The position numbers were made by a program, and so were the translations under genes. The notes beneath the pieces were generated by a model. It was not told where the DNA came from. It was given only the letters and a program-made list of their open reading frames with translations, and made no database searches. From contig JBMNJT010000003.1 in assembly GCA_050951805.1 (NCBI GenBank), positions 32,001 to 96,000 of the forward strand: a DNA stretch of 64,000 nt, given 5' to 3'. Position 1 is the first letter of the stretch. Each line of letters starts with the position of its first letter. This document shows positions 1 to 9,916 of the stretch, in pieces. This DNA is from Bacillota bacterium (GTDB lineage Bacteria; Bacillota; DTU025).

Positions 1-356
1 AATCCCGAACCCTGTGAGGTATCGCGTCATGAACAGGGTTCAGCCCATTAACTTTTTTCACACAGGCAGCACTGCGTTCCTCGTGTCGGGCAGGGTCGCG
101 AAAGTAGCGATGGTCAACTCGATTTCGGCATTGGACGAGAAAGGTCTAGACGATTAGAGTCCCCTCGTTCCGAAACATGTCCGCGGTAGCGGCGGACGCC
201 TCCCACTCCATTGCGCTGCTCTCCGACGGAACCCTGTGGGAATGGGGGGCGCTCGGTCGCATCCCTCGATTCGATTTGCACTACCCGTATCTATGGCTAC
301 ATCCGGTTCAACTGAGGCCATGATTGCAGACGGAGCGGCTTGCTTGTGAATCCAGC
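1..356 (+). repeat. Direct repeat A, copy 1 (degenerate RCC1/BLIP-II repeat gene remnant); partner at 1933-2288
   Basis: 1-356 matches 1933-2288 with scattered substitutions; both end at GAATCCAGC. Frame from 177 reads SAVAADASHSIALLSDGTLWEWG, an RCC1-type blade. The copy may extend left of the window. Confidence 0.85.
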
Positions 357-896
357 GAAGTCTACTTTTGCCACACCGACATGCTGGGATCCATAAGGGC
401 GATCACCGACTCTTCGGGAGAGGTCGCAGCGAGGTTCGAGTATGAGCCGTTCGGGTTGGTTGCCACATCAACAGGGCCGCTGGCCAGCGGAGCGCACAGA
501 TTCACTGGAAAGCCTGAGGATGGCGCTATAGGGCTCTACTACTTTGGGGCCAGGTACTATGACCCCGAGGTCGGCAGGTTCACAAGTAGGGATCCAGCGG
601 AAGATGGGCTGAACTGGTACGTATACTGCATTAACAACCCACTCAGATACATCGATGCTGATGGCCGATGGACCCTTGCCGTCGGCGGCAATGCGGTAGC
701 AGCGTTTCTTCTGAAGGTAGGATTAACAGGCTAAGTAGTAATAGATGGGCACGGAAATATCGGGATTCTCATCGCTGTTGATATGGGAGGAGAAACGCCA
801 AATGCCGGAGCAGCTCTTGCGTTCACATACACTGGAGCAGACACGATATTCGATTTGCGGGGAATCGGATGTGCGGCGGGTGCAGCGTCTGCCTGA
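324..896 (+). pseudogene. Orphan Rhs core tip plus C-terminal toxin region, interrupted by TAA at 732-734
   Basis: Rhs core motifs HTDMLGSIR, YEPFG, FTGK, GLYYFGARYYDPEVGRF, NNPLRYIDADG. The TAA corresponds to CAA in the second copy; the frame then continues to TGA 894-896. Confidence 0.85.
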
Positions 897-1385
897 TCCT
901 ACAAAAAGAAGCATCATGGGCGAACTGGGTATTCCCGCAGAGACTTTTGGTGGAATGAGCAGCGGTAGCCCGGATTACCGGAGATCCGCTGGCAGCGCCC
1001 CGAGCGGAGTCACGTACTGTGCCATGTAGCCTTGCAGCCGAACTCTGCCTTAGCCATAGATAGTGCAGCGCCGGGTGGAAGGTCGCATACTTGGCTCTGA
1101 CGCCTCGAGAGTCGGCTTTTGCACAGGAGGGAATGCTTTGCGGAGAGTATTGCAGGAGTTCATGTCTCATTTCCGTCGCATGTGGAACGTGGGGAGAAAG
1201 AACATAGCCTATGCCGCCAAGTGGGGGACACTCCTTTTTGTCGGTACTGCCTTGTGCGTAGATATGGGAATATCGGAAATATTGGGTGTATCCATAACTG
1301 CATTTGGCATATGTCAACTGTACCATGCTCGTTACGTGCTGAGCCTGTTTGACGAGTATCGGGATGCGCTACTGCCGTATTTTCA
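357..1385 (+). repeat. Direct repeat B, copy 1 (about 1.03 kb; Rhs tip + CT + start of downstream membrane gene); partner at 4953-5981
   Basis: Colinear near-identity at a constant offset of 4596 from GAAGTCTACTTTTGCC to CCGTATTTTCA. Confidence 0.92.
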
Positions 1386-1722
1386 CATGGATGCCAAGCA
1401 AGTTGAGCGCTATATGATGTGGTACCGGTATGGTGTAGGCGGAGCGAGGCTCATCGGACTCATAGCAATCGTTGGAGGCGCCTTTTCCACGATAGCCGTC
1501 CGAAAAGAGCTGTTGTCTTCGCTTCGCGCGATCACTGGGGGCCAGCTTGTCAGTCACATAGCTATGATGATCGGCGTAATCATAGTTCTTTATTCTGGTG
1601 CCATAATACAGCTCACACCGGAGGGAAGCGTCTGGCGACAGAGGTGTATGTTGTTCTGGTTCCGAGCGTCGGGGGTCATGGTCATTCTCACGGGCCTGCT
1701 CATGTCATATCTCGTGCCTTGA
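1162..1722 (+). CDS. Multi-pass membrane protein, candidate immunity protein of the Rhs CT
   Basis: AGGAG RBS before ATG 1162 (in frame with ORF 1063..1722); several hydrophobic segments; lies just downstream of an Rhs CT. Confidence 0.6.
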   Translation: MSHFRRMWNVGRKNIAYAAKWGTLLFVGTALCVDMGISEILGVSITAFGICQLYHARYVLSLFDEYRDALLPYFHMDAKQVERYMMWYRYGVGGARLIGLIAIVGGAFSTIAVRKELLSSLRAITGGQLVSHIAMMIGVIIVLYSGAIIQLTPEGSVWRQRCMLFWFRASGVMVILTGLLMSYLVP

Positions 1723-2288
1723 GTCGACAGAATCGCCGGCCCGGACGGGCTTTACGAGGTCGGCTGCTATCGGGCCGGAGAAGGTAGTCAACGACGGGGA
1801 CCTTGTCATGGGGCTTCACTGTATATGGCAATGCGATGCGAAACAGGACGTTCGGTTCTTCCAATGCCAAATCGAGGCGTATTCCAGGTGGGACAGGGCG
1901 GAATGGATGATGGGTTGGAGGATGGGACAAGAAATCCCGAACCCTGTGAGGTATCGCGTCATGAACAGGGTTCAGCCCATTAACTTTTTTCACACAGGCA
2001 GCACTGCGTTCCTCGTGTCGGGCAGGGTCGCGAAAGTAGCGATGGTCAACTCGATTTCGGCATTGGACGAGAAAGATCTAGACGATTAGAGTTCCCTGGT
2101 TCCGAAACGTGTCCGCGGTAGCGGCGGGCGCCTTTCACTCCATTGCGCTGCTCTCCGACGGAACCCTGTGGGAATGGGGGGAGCTCGGCCACATCCCCCG
2201 ATTTGATTTTTGCTACCCATATCTATGGCCACATCCGGTTCGATTGAGGCCATGATTGCAGACGGGGCGGCTTGCTTGTGAATCCAGC
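1723..2288 (+). pseudogene. Frameshifted RCC1/BLIP-II repeat protein remnant (includes repeat A copy 2, 1933-2288)
   Basis: Fragments in different frames: SDGQLDFG and RVPWFRNVSAVAAGAFHSIALLSDGTLWEWG (motif from 2109). Confidence 0.7.
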
Positions 2289-2749
2289 CAGCGGCTCTTG
2301 CGACAGTCGTTTACGGTGAGAACGTTTTGCGCTCGCATGTATCTGAAGTCAAGGATCAGGTCGCTATCCTTGCGCTAATCATGTATGGTCATGATGCATC
2401 TATCGGAGTATGTCAGGTCAAGTTTTCAACCGCCCTGATGCTTGATCTGTCGATCAGCCCGAAATACTGGGCGACGCTTTCCAGGGCCGAGAGACAGAAG
2501 TTTCAGGCGTGTTTGGCGAAGGCGGCAATGCCTTACGCGGAACTCTATGTAGAGCGCCTTTCTGATCCTGTAACTTGCATGGAATATGCAGCTAGGTACC
2601 TTGCTTTCTTGGCCGAAGCTAGGGATTATGAGTCTCCAGAGGTATGGCTTTCTGATTACAATCGAGGGCTGTCGGAGTATAAGACTGCGACTGCATACGG
2701 TCAGCGCTACACTCGAGTTGCGAACCGTTATGCGTTTGCGATGGAGTAG
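2282..2749 (+). pseudogene. Orphan lysozyme-like/lytic transglycosylase (SLT, GH23-like) toxin domain, N-terminally truncated
   Basis: Open frame from 2282: IQPAALATVVYGE (catalytic-Glu helix), SIGVCQVKFSTA (GLMQ-like), LSDPVTCMEYAARYL, SDYNRG (AYNxG-like), YTRV. No start codon upstream of the Glu. Confidence 0.65.
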
Positions 2750-2755
2750 GAGCTT

Positions 2756-3745
2756 ATGAGTGTCTCATTTGTGCGCGTGGTAATAGCAGGTATAGCGGTG
2801 TTTCTTGCAGTGTGTGTTTTTGTGTTCGTCTGGTATGGATCGTCTCTGCACGTACAGAAGACTATTGAGGAGTGGGAGAATCTTGGCACGGCATATCTCG
2901 ACCAAATTCATCGTGTGCTCACATCTGACCTGGAATGGGGTGCGAAGGAGCGTGCTCTGTTTGCCATAGAGAAGATACAGGATCCGTCGAGCCTAAGACA
3001 TTTGGTCAATCAGCTCTACTATAGTGGCCATTGGTGGCGGCGCGGTTGGGACGGGGAGAAGCGCTATCATGTAGATGCGTTCAGAGAAAGCGTCATGTAC
3101 GCCATATGCCTTTATGGGGATGATGGTTTGCCCATTCTTGTGCAGGAACTTGAGCTCAAGGGGCATCGAGCGTCAGATTACGCAATATGGGGAATTGGAT
3201 TGCTGAAGACTCAATCCGCACGCCGGGTTCTGGAGAATATAGCTCGGGACCCCAACTGGCGGCCAAAAAGTGAAGCTGTAACAGAAGCGCTGAGGCTATG
3301 GAGTCTGCCGGAGGCGCGGATGGCTAAGTTAAGCCTGCATCCTGACGAAGTCGACGACGAGCTGGCGAAGCTCACGGCGGCAGTTGAGACTGGAATAGGG
3401 CTTGTCGAGGAAATCCATTTTTGCGCCGTGGTCGACAGCTTGGGGTCGCTGAGGGTAGACCGCAGCAGAGAAGTGCTGAGGCGAATTGTGGAGCAGTTCC
3501 CGAGCCGTACTATTCAAGCAGCAAGCGTCCGTGCCCTCGGCCTGATCGGCGCACCTGCTGATGTGCCGTTCGTATGTGAATACGTGTTTGACTGTGATAT
3601 CGACATGAGGCGGGAGGCTATAGTAGCACTGGGGAAAATGGGGGACGAATCAGCCATTCCTACGTTGAAGAAGGTTCTTCAGCGAGAGCATGAGGCCCCT
3701 CGCAACAAGCGCCTTGCAGCAGAGGCAATAGACATGATTCGGTGA
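2756..3745 (+). CDS. Membrane-anchored HEAT/PBS-lyase repeat protein, candidate immunity protein
   Basis: N-terminal TM helix (VVIAGIAVFLAVCVFVFVW); HEAT motifs MRREAIVALGKMGDESAIPTL and AASVRALGLIG; AGGAG RBS overlapping the upstream stop. Confidence 0.8.
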   Translation: MSVSFVRVVIAGIAVFLAVCVFVFVWYGSSLHVQKTIEEWENLGTAYLDQIHRVLTSDLEWGAKERALFAIEKIQDPSSLRHLVNQLYYSGHWWRRGWDGEKRYHVDAFRESVMYAICLYGDDGLPILVQELELKGHRASDYAIWGIGLLKTQSARRVLENIARDPNWRPKSEAVTEALRLWSLPEARMAKLSLHPDEVDDELAKLTAAVETGIGLVEEIHFCAVVDSLGSLRVDRSREVLRRIVEQFPSRTIQAASVRALGLIGAPADVPFVCEYVFDCDIDMRREAIVALGKMGDESAIPTLKKVLQREHEAPRNKRLAAEAIDMIR

Positions 3746-5492
3746 GGTTGCAGGTCGATTGACTGAGGCCTTCTACGACCACGACGGTCGCATTACCCGG
3801 GCTGAGCTAACGAAGAGCGGGACGCTTCAGAATGAGACGACCGCCACGTACAACCTTCGCGGATGGCTTGTGGACGAGACTTGGATCATAGACCGAGAGC
3901 CATATTCCATGAGCTATGCCTATGACGACGTCGGCAACCGCATAAGCATGACTTACCCCAATAGTGTGAGCTTCAATTTCGAGTATGACAACCGCAACAG
4001 GCTGGCCAGGATCCCAGGATACTTCGGCCTCGTGAACCAGCCGTGGCAAATGGGGTTCGCATACGATGCCAACGGCTATCTTGCAAGCTCTACTTCGATC
4101 AACGGGGTGAGCACCGCCTACGCGACCGATGCCCAGGGCAGGCTGAAGTCCATAACCGCAACAAGGCAACAGCCGTTTGAAAACATACTGCAACTTGGCT
4201 ACTCGTACACGTCCCAAGGGAATGTATCCCGCATATCTGGGATCAATGGGGGTTCTCCGTTTGAGCTGAACTACGGATACGACCGGATCAACAGGCTCAC
4301 GTTTGCCCAGGTTCCCAGGCCCGGGGGAATGGCCAACGCAACCTACCAGTATGACGGGGCAGGCAATCGAACGGTTGAAAGCTGGTCGGACACTGGCACA
4401 GTGCAGTACCAGTACTTGCCCGGCAATTACCTTAGGACCCGGGGGACGACAGCCTACTCCTGGGGGCCATACGGGCAGTTGACATCAAAGACGCAAGGCC
4501 AGACAAGAACGGATTATGCGTACAGCGCTCAGCGCCTGATGAACGAGGTGAAGGTGGACGGCGTGGCTCTGGCGAAATACGAGTACGACGCCATGGGCCG
4601 CAGGATAAAGACGATCCAGGGCGAAACGACTACCATAACCTTGCACTCTGGGAACGATATAGTGTACGAGGTTCGCACAATGTCGCAGGCTGCGGGTTCG
4701 AACGCTGGGCCAAACGCAATCCCGGGCGACCCGATAATAGTCGATCCGATTGGTCCGATAATTGAGGATCCGCCGACTCCACCGCCTGATGACCCAGAGG
4801 ATCCTGACCCAGATGATCCCGATCCAGACGATCCCGGCACGGGCGACCCGCCCACTTCCCCGGTGACGGAGTATGACAGACTCGTCACATGCTACCTTGT
4901 CCTGAACGGGAAACACTTGGCTAAGGTAGTACAGCAAGACTCGGATCCTGCTGAAGTCTACTTTTGCCACACCGACTTGCTAGGATCCATAAGGGCGATC
5001 ACCGACTCTTCGGGCGAGGTCGCAGCGAGGTTCGAATATGAACCGTTCGGGTTGGTTGCCACATCAACAGGGCCGCTGGCCAGCGGAGCGCACAGATTCA
5101 CTGGAAAGCCTGAGGATGGCGCTATAGGGCTCTACTACTTCGGGGCCAGGTAATATGACCCCGAGGTAGGGAGGTTCACAAGTAGGGATCCAGCGGAAGA
5201 TGGGCTGAACTGGTACGTATACTGCATTAACAACCCACTCAGATACATCGATGCTGATGGCCGATGGACCCTTGCCGTCGGCGGCAATGCGGTAGCAGCG
5301 TTTCTTCTGAAGGTAGGATTAACAGGCCAAGCAGTAGTAGATGGGCACGGAAATATCGGGATTCTCATCGCTGTTGATATGGGAGGAGGAACGCCAAATG
5401 CCGGAGCAGCTCTTGCGTTCACATACACTGGAGCAGACACGATATTCGATTTGCGGGGAATCGGATGTGCGGTGGGTGCAGCGCCTGCCTGA
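3738..5492 (+). pseudogene. 5'-truncated Rhs/YD-repeat protein with Rhs core and CT; internal TAA at 5151-5153
   Basis: Many YD repeats (YDDVGNR, YDNRNRL, YDANG, YDRINRL, YDGAGNR, YDAMGRR). The frame opens mid-repeat (VAGRL) right after the HEAT gene. TAA replaces the TAC of copy 1. Confidence 0.88.
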
Positions 5493-5981
5493 TCCTACAA
5501 AGAGAATCATCATGGGCGAATTGGGTATTCCCGCAGAGGCTATTGGTGGAATGAGCAGCGGTAGCCCGGATTACCGGAGATCCGCTGGCAGCGCCCCGAG
5601 CGGAGTCACGTACTGTGCCATGTAGCCTTGCAGCCGAACTCTGCCTTAGCCATAGATAGTGCAGCGCCGGGTGGAAGGTCGCATACTTGGCTCTGACGCC
5701 TCGAGAATCGGCTTTTGCACAGGAGGGAATGCTTTGCGGAGAGTATTGCAGGAGTTCATGTCTCATTTCCGTCGCATGTGGAACGTGGGGAGAAAGAACA
5801 TAGCCTATGCCGCCAAGTGGGGGACACTCCTTTTTGTCGGTACTGCCTTGTGCGTAGATATGGGAATATCGGAAATATTGGGTGTATCCATAACTGCATT
5901 TGGCATATGTCAACTGTACCATGCTCGTTACGTGCTGAGCCTGTTTGACGAGTATCGGGATGCGCTACTGCCGTATTTTCA
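4953..5981 (+). repeat. Direct repeat B, copy 2; ends exactly at the IS256 inverted repeat
   Basis: Near-identical to 357-1385. Confidence 0.92.
5758..5981 (+). pseudogene. Second copy of the membrane-protein gene, truncated by IS256
   Basis: Identical translation to 1162.. up to ...ALLPYF, then runs into the IS end. Confidence 0.8.
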
Positions 5982-7589
5982 GATCAAGTCCGAAATGTGC
6001 TGTAAAAACAGTTCTCCTCTACTGGAGCATGTTTGTATAGATAGCTAGTCGGGACTGCCGACGAATTTCATCCAATTCCTCTTCCTTGGTATAGTGGACG
6101 CATTCGACTGGTTTGCACTTTCTATCCAAGTCGAATGAGTATTGTACTCCGGCTCGGCCTCGAGGCAAGTTAGTCCATGACCAAGATATTTATCTCTAGC
6201 TAGGTTCTGCTCGCCTCTCGGCTGGCGCCGGAGTCAGCGATAGCCATCAGCTTGGATTGTAACGAGAAGCGCTAACCCTCAAGCGACATGGAGCGAGGAT
6301 TCTGCCTGCCCCGATTCACAAGCCTGCTTCCATTGCCAATACTCAGCCATGTTGAGATACCTGCGAGCGGTACTCATCCCTTTCGATAAGCGCAGCACCA
6401 AGCAGCCTGATGGCCGAATCATCATTGGGGAATATCCTTATCACCCGTTCCCGCCTTCGGATCTCTTCGTTGAGCCTCTCTACACAGTTGGTTGTTCTCA
6501 GCCTTTTCCGGAGGCATTGGGGTAGAACCATTACAGCCATTGCATCGTCAAATCCTTCTTCAAGCCTGTCGATTGCCTTAGGGGCCCGAGCTGCGAAATC
6601 AGCGATGATGCCCTCTGGCAGTATCCATATCGGGCGCTTCAAACATGAGGCGCAGTCGGGAGTGGAGTTGCCTTGGGGCACGCATCCAGGATGTTCTTAG
6701 TGAAATGAGTCTGGCAACGCTGCCATGATGCCCCCTGAAACTCTACTGCTACAGCATTGACTAGTCCTCCATGGTCATCTGACACCACAAGGTCTACGCC
6801 CGAAAGGCCCCTTGCCTTTAAAGAGTTGAAGAACTCGCGCCATGAGTCTTCCTTCTCGCTGTCTGCAAGCATGAACCCGATAATCTCGCGCATGCCTTCA
6901 GAGTTTACGCCTACGGCAATCAGCGCACTGTGATTCCAGACCCTGCCTCCCTTGCGGATCTTGATCACTATCGCATCAACCAATAAAAACGGATATGGCC
7001 CTTTGTCGAGAGGACGTTCGCGCCATTCGCGCACTGCAGGGTCCAGCGTCTTCACCATGTCTGAGACTGTGGATTCCGAGATGTCCACACCACATAGCTC
7101 GCGGGTTATCTTTCGGATCTTACGAGTAGACACTCCGTTCCAACAAGCGTGGCAATCAGGGCTCGTTCGCTGCGCTGGTACCTCTCAAAAAGGTCCGTAT
7201 CCAGTTTGCCCTCTTTAAACTGAGGGACCTCGAAGGTAATTGAGCCTACCCGCGTCACCAAGGATCGCCTTCTGGACCCATTGCGATACCCGGTCCGCTC
7301 CTCAGTTCTCTGATAAGGCTCTGCCCCAAGCTGCTCCGTAGCCTGCGCTTCAAGCACCTGGTTAAGCACTGATTCAAGAAGGTTTGCTAACCCACGGTCC
7401 CCATCAAAAAGTCCATGCAATTGCTCTTCGGATATGCTAATCTGATATGTAGCCATTGGTTCTCCTCCTAGTAGATAATTGGTTCTTCCATGCTCCAATT
7501 CTACTAGAGAACCAGTGGCCTTTCCATACCCATCCCCACCCACCACAACAGGGCAAAGGCCTTTTTACAGCATTATATCGGACGTGACT
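5982..7589 (-). mobile_element. IS256-family element, degenerate, no target-site duplication
   Basis: Imperfect terminal IRs GATCAAGTCCGAAATGTGCTGTAAAA (5982-6007) and reverse complement AGTCACGTCCGATATAATGCTGTAAAA (7563-7589), resembling IS256 ends; flanks differ. Confidence 0.85.
6343..7456 (-). pseudogene. IS256-family (Mutator-type DDE) transposase split over three frames
   Basis: Motifs YRNGSRRRSLVTRVG, STRKIRKIT, FLLVDAI, VVSDDHGGL, WQRCQTHF, RTTNCVERLNEEIRRRERVIRIFPN; ATG 7456 with GGAGGAG RBS. Confidence 0.92.
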
Positions 7590-7597
7590 ACCTGCAC

Positions 7598-8023
7598 ATG
7601 AAGATAGGCTTGAGGAACGGTTTGTGGGTCATTTTGGGTGTTGCGGTTTTTGTGGGAGTGTTCCGGTATCTGTACCACCCAAATGAGATTCCCCTGGAAT
7701 ACATTGGCTTCATTGACACCGATGACGATGACGATATGGATTATTGAGATATGTATAGAGCTGAAGGAATGCCTTATGGAGTCTTCAAGGGGATGGAGGC
7801 TTCCCAATTGCCAAATGTTGATTCTGACAAGAACTACCTGGTTGTATCGAGGCCAAGGGAAATCGACAGAATGATCTATTTTGGGATGAGCCGCTTTCAA
7901 TGGCCCTATCATGAAGCATACCAGGCAGAGATAAGTTTCAAAGACGAGATCATACCTGGAAGGTTGCATATGTACAGAAGTCCTCGAATTCTTTGCCCGT
8001 TTGTAGAACACGGAGTGAACTGA
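7598..8023 (+). pseudogene. Membrane-anchored hypothetical protein (possible orphan immunity gene) with an in-frame TGA at 7745-7747
   Basis: ATG 7598 gives MKIGLRNGLWVILGVAVFVGVFRYLY..., in frame with ORF 7751..8023. Confidence 0.5.
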
Positions 8024-8288
8024 AGAGCAGCACCCGCACAATGCTGGATTTGGCCTACGAATAGGATTCTCATGGAAACGTTGCGAAACAGCCTGCAAAT
8101 AGTGTTTGAAGACCATTAGGCGGCCAACGTCTCACTCATGGCTATCGCCGTCGGGGCCGGCCAAGTTCATAATGACTTGCTCGGGCCGTCTTGTCTAGTT
8201 GGGACACGCGAAACAGGGGCTGTGCGTGGCCGCCAACCACATAGTAGGATAGCGCGTATGGGCCGCCGCCCACGGGGGATGCCCTCTG

Positions 8289-9311
8289 TTACCATCTGTT
8301 CTTGACTTCCTCCGCAAACCCAAGGAAGTCCTTGAGCTCGATGACGGTGCCATCGTCCAGCACCGCTCTTCCCGTGAACCTGCCAAAGACTTGATGTTGA
8401 TTCGAGCGGAAGAATAACGCGTTGATGTCTGCATTCCGATCGATGATGGGGTAGAAATCCATTTCGAATCGCCGGTCATTGCTCGTGAACTTCCAAGGCT
8501 CAAGATAATCGTTGGGTGGGATGTGAAATGTGATCTGGTCCAGCTTGTGAGCCTTGTTGTTGTAGAATAGCATGTTCTCGGACGCGCAAGATGTGTCTCC
8601 GAATCCATAGCCTATGTTGAAACCGAACGGCGTCCCATCTACAAGCCCCGAGGCTGAGCCCCAGTACCACGTATTCGAGTACGTCCATACTCCCCTTCCC
8701 CAATCCAAGACAGCGAAGGATCTCGCCGGATCGAAGGCCCTCTTTTCGCTGCCGAGCATGAGGATCCCTTCGGCAGGCATGCAATTTATCTTCTGATTAT
8801 AGTAAAAAGCATGAGGGTTGCCGGCAAATGGCGTGGCTATTACCATCGTGTCCATGGGCTTTGGCTGAGTCATGCGAATCGTTCCCTGAAGCGGTTTGCC
8901 ATCGGCGAAGTTGGCGAAGAACACGTTGATCAGCCTTTGGCGACCGTCTTTAATGAACTCAAGGTTAAGATTCTTGTGTTCGAAAGATACATTGCCCTCA
9001 TTGGACGTTGTGGGCATGTTGAGCTTGCCCATGGGAAAACCGGTGATCACAGTCTGCGTGATCTCACCCGGCTCGGTAAGGTCGAGAAAGGTCACAGAAC
9101 CCATGCCTGCATAGCCTAAATCCGCAATTGTGAATGCCGCCCCATACTCCTCCGTCAGGATGCAGTAGTAATCCCATTCCTTGATCTTCAGCTTCGAGGC
9201 TCGTATTCGCTCGCGGTTGTAACGTAGCAAGAGATCCTTCGCCCAACCCCTTTGGATCAAGACCCCATTGGAGTCCAACAAGTCGGAACTTTTCGTAATC
9301 TCTATCTGCAC
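8289..9311 (-). CDS. DUF2804-family protein
   Basis: Motifs KEWDYY, TIADLGY, FYYNQKINCM, LDWGRGVW, WYWGS, GFNIGYGFGD, ASEN, QHQVFGRF; probable GTG start at 9311. Confidence 0.8.
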   Translation of the reverse strand: MQIEITKSSDLLDSNGVLIQRGWAKDLLLRYNRERIRASKLKIKEWDYYCILTEEYGAAFTIADLGYAGMGSVTFLDLTEPGEITQTVITGFPMGKLNMPTTSNEGNVSFEHKNLNLEFIKDGRQRLINVFFANFADGKPLQGTIRMTQPKPMDTMVIATPFAGNPHAFYYNQKINCMPAEGILMLGSEKRAFDPARSFAVLDWGRGVWTYSNTWYWGSASGLVDGTPFGFNIGYGFGDTSCASENMLFYNNKAHKLDQITFHIPPNDYLEPWKFTSNDRRFEMDFYPIIDRNADINALFFRSNQHQVFGRFTGRAVLDDGTVIELKDFLGFAEEVKNRW

Positions 9312-9560
9312 CTCGGCGCCCCCTTTCTGTATCTTGCCACTGCTTTCGACTGGGATGACCCAATTCTTACAGAGGTGGTTCAATTCCCCCCCCCCATTTT
9401 CCCATGAAACCATTCGACATCATTGCCTGCGTTCTCCTGCCTAAGCGAGGTCAAGGCACAGAAATTTATCATGCGTTGTACCGGCCCACGCTCAGCTTGC
9501 ACCATGGGTGGGCTTGCCGGATCCCTACTTTAGCGGCATGTGCGGATGGAAGGACTTCAC

Positions 9561-9589
9561 TTGCTTCCAAGGCTCAACTCGGGTATAGT
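9561..9589 (+). promoter_or_regulatory. Probable sigma70-type promoter of the cobamide locus
   Basis: TTGCTT-17 nt-TATAGT directly upstream of the riboswitch. Confidence 0.55.
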
Positions 9590-9604
9590 TTTTGTTGACA
9601 ACTG

Positions 9605-9779
9605 AATCGACTTCAACCAGGTGCCTATAGAGGGATAATAGGGAATCAGGTGCAAGTCCTGAACGGTCCCGCCACTGTAACCGGTGAGCGCGCGACATGA
9701 GCCACTGTCACGAGATGAGATGGGAAGGCTGTCGCCAACACGCTGTGACCCGGAAGTCAGGAGACCTGCCTGGGTTGGA
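9605..9779 (+). ncRNA. Cobalamin riboswitch 1
   Basis: AATAGGGAATCAGGTGCAAGTCCTG, CCCGCCACTGTAA, GCCACTG..GGGAAGG and B12 box AGTCAGGAGACCTGCC. Confidence 0.93.
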
Positions 9780-9845
9780 AGTACCGTGAGCCTTCGGCGC
9801 AAGGGCGGGTACTGCATGTGACAATCCAGTCATGTAAGTGGTTTT

Positions 9846-9877
9846 AGCCCGGCCTTTATCGAAAGGTCGGGTTTTTT
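9846..9877 (+). terminator. Riboswitch-associated intrinsic terminator
   Basis: CCCGGCCTTT-ATCG-AAAGGTCGGG followed by TTTTTT. Confidence 0.8.
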
Positions 9878-9916
9878 GATACGACCTGGTGGGCACTTGC
9901 GGCATGATGAGGGGAT

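Noticed and set aside
894-896. In-frame TGA in the Rhs CT (also 5490-5492) as selenocysteine
   Set aside because: No redox motif or clear SECIS, and the frame stops again soon after; more likely a true stop or the result of a frameshift
745-1029. 94-aa ORF (and its copy 5341..5625) as an independent gene
   Set aside because: It overlaps the Rhs CT frame and has no RBS; at most its 3' part is a frameshifted continuation of the CT
4780-4850. Short GATCC/GACCC repeats as a CRISPR array or DNA-level repeat
   Set aside because: They are codon-level repeats of a Pro/Asp tract. No constant repeat with unique spacers and no cas genes were seen anywhere in the window.
7745-7747. In-frame TGA as Sec in the ORF next to IS256
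   Set aside because: The context DY*DMY fits a TGG-to-TGA nonsense change in a decaying region; no SECIS-like hairpin seen
9386-9395. C10 homopolymer upstream of the DUF2804 gene as a phase-variation switch
   Set aside because: It lies upstream of the likely GTG start and cannot be tied to promoter spacing; there is no evidence of length variation
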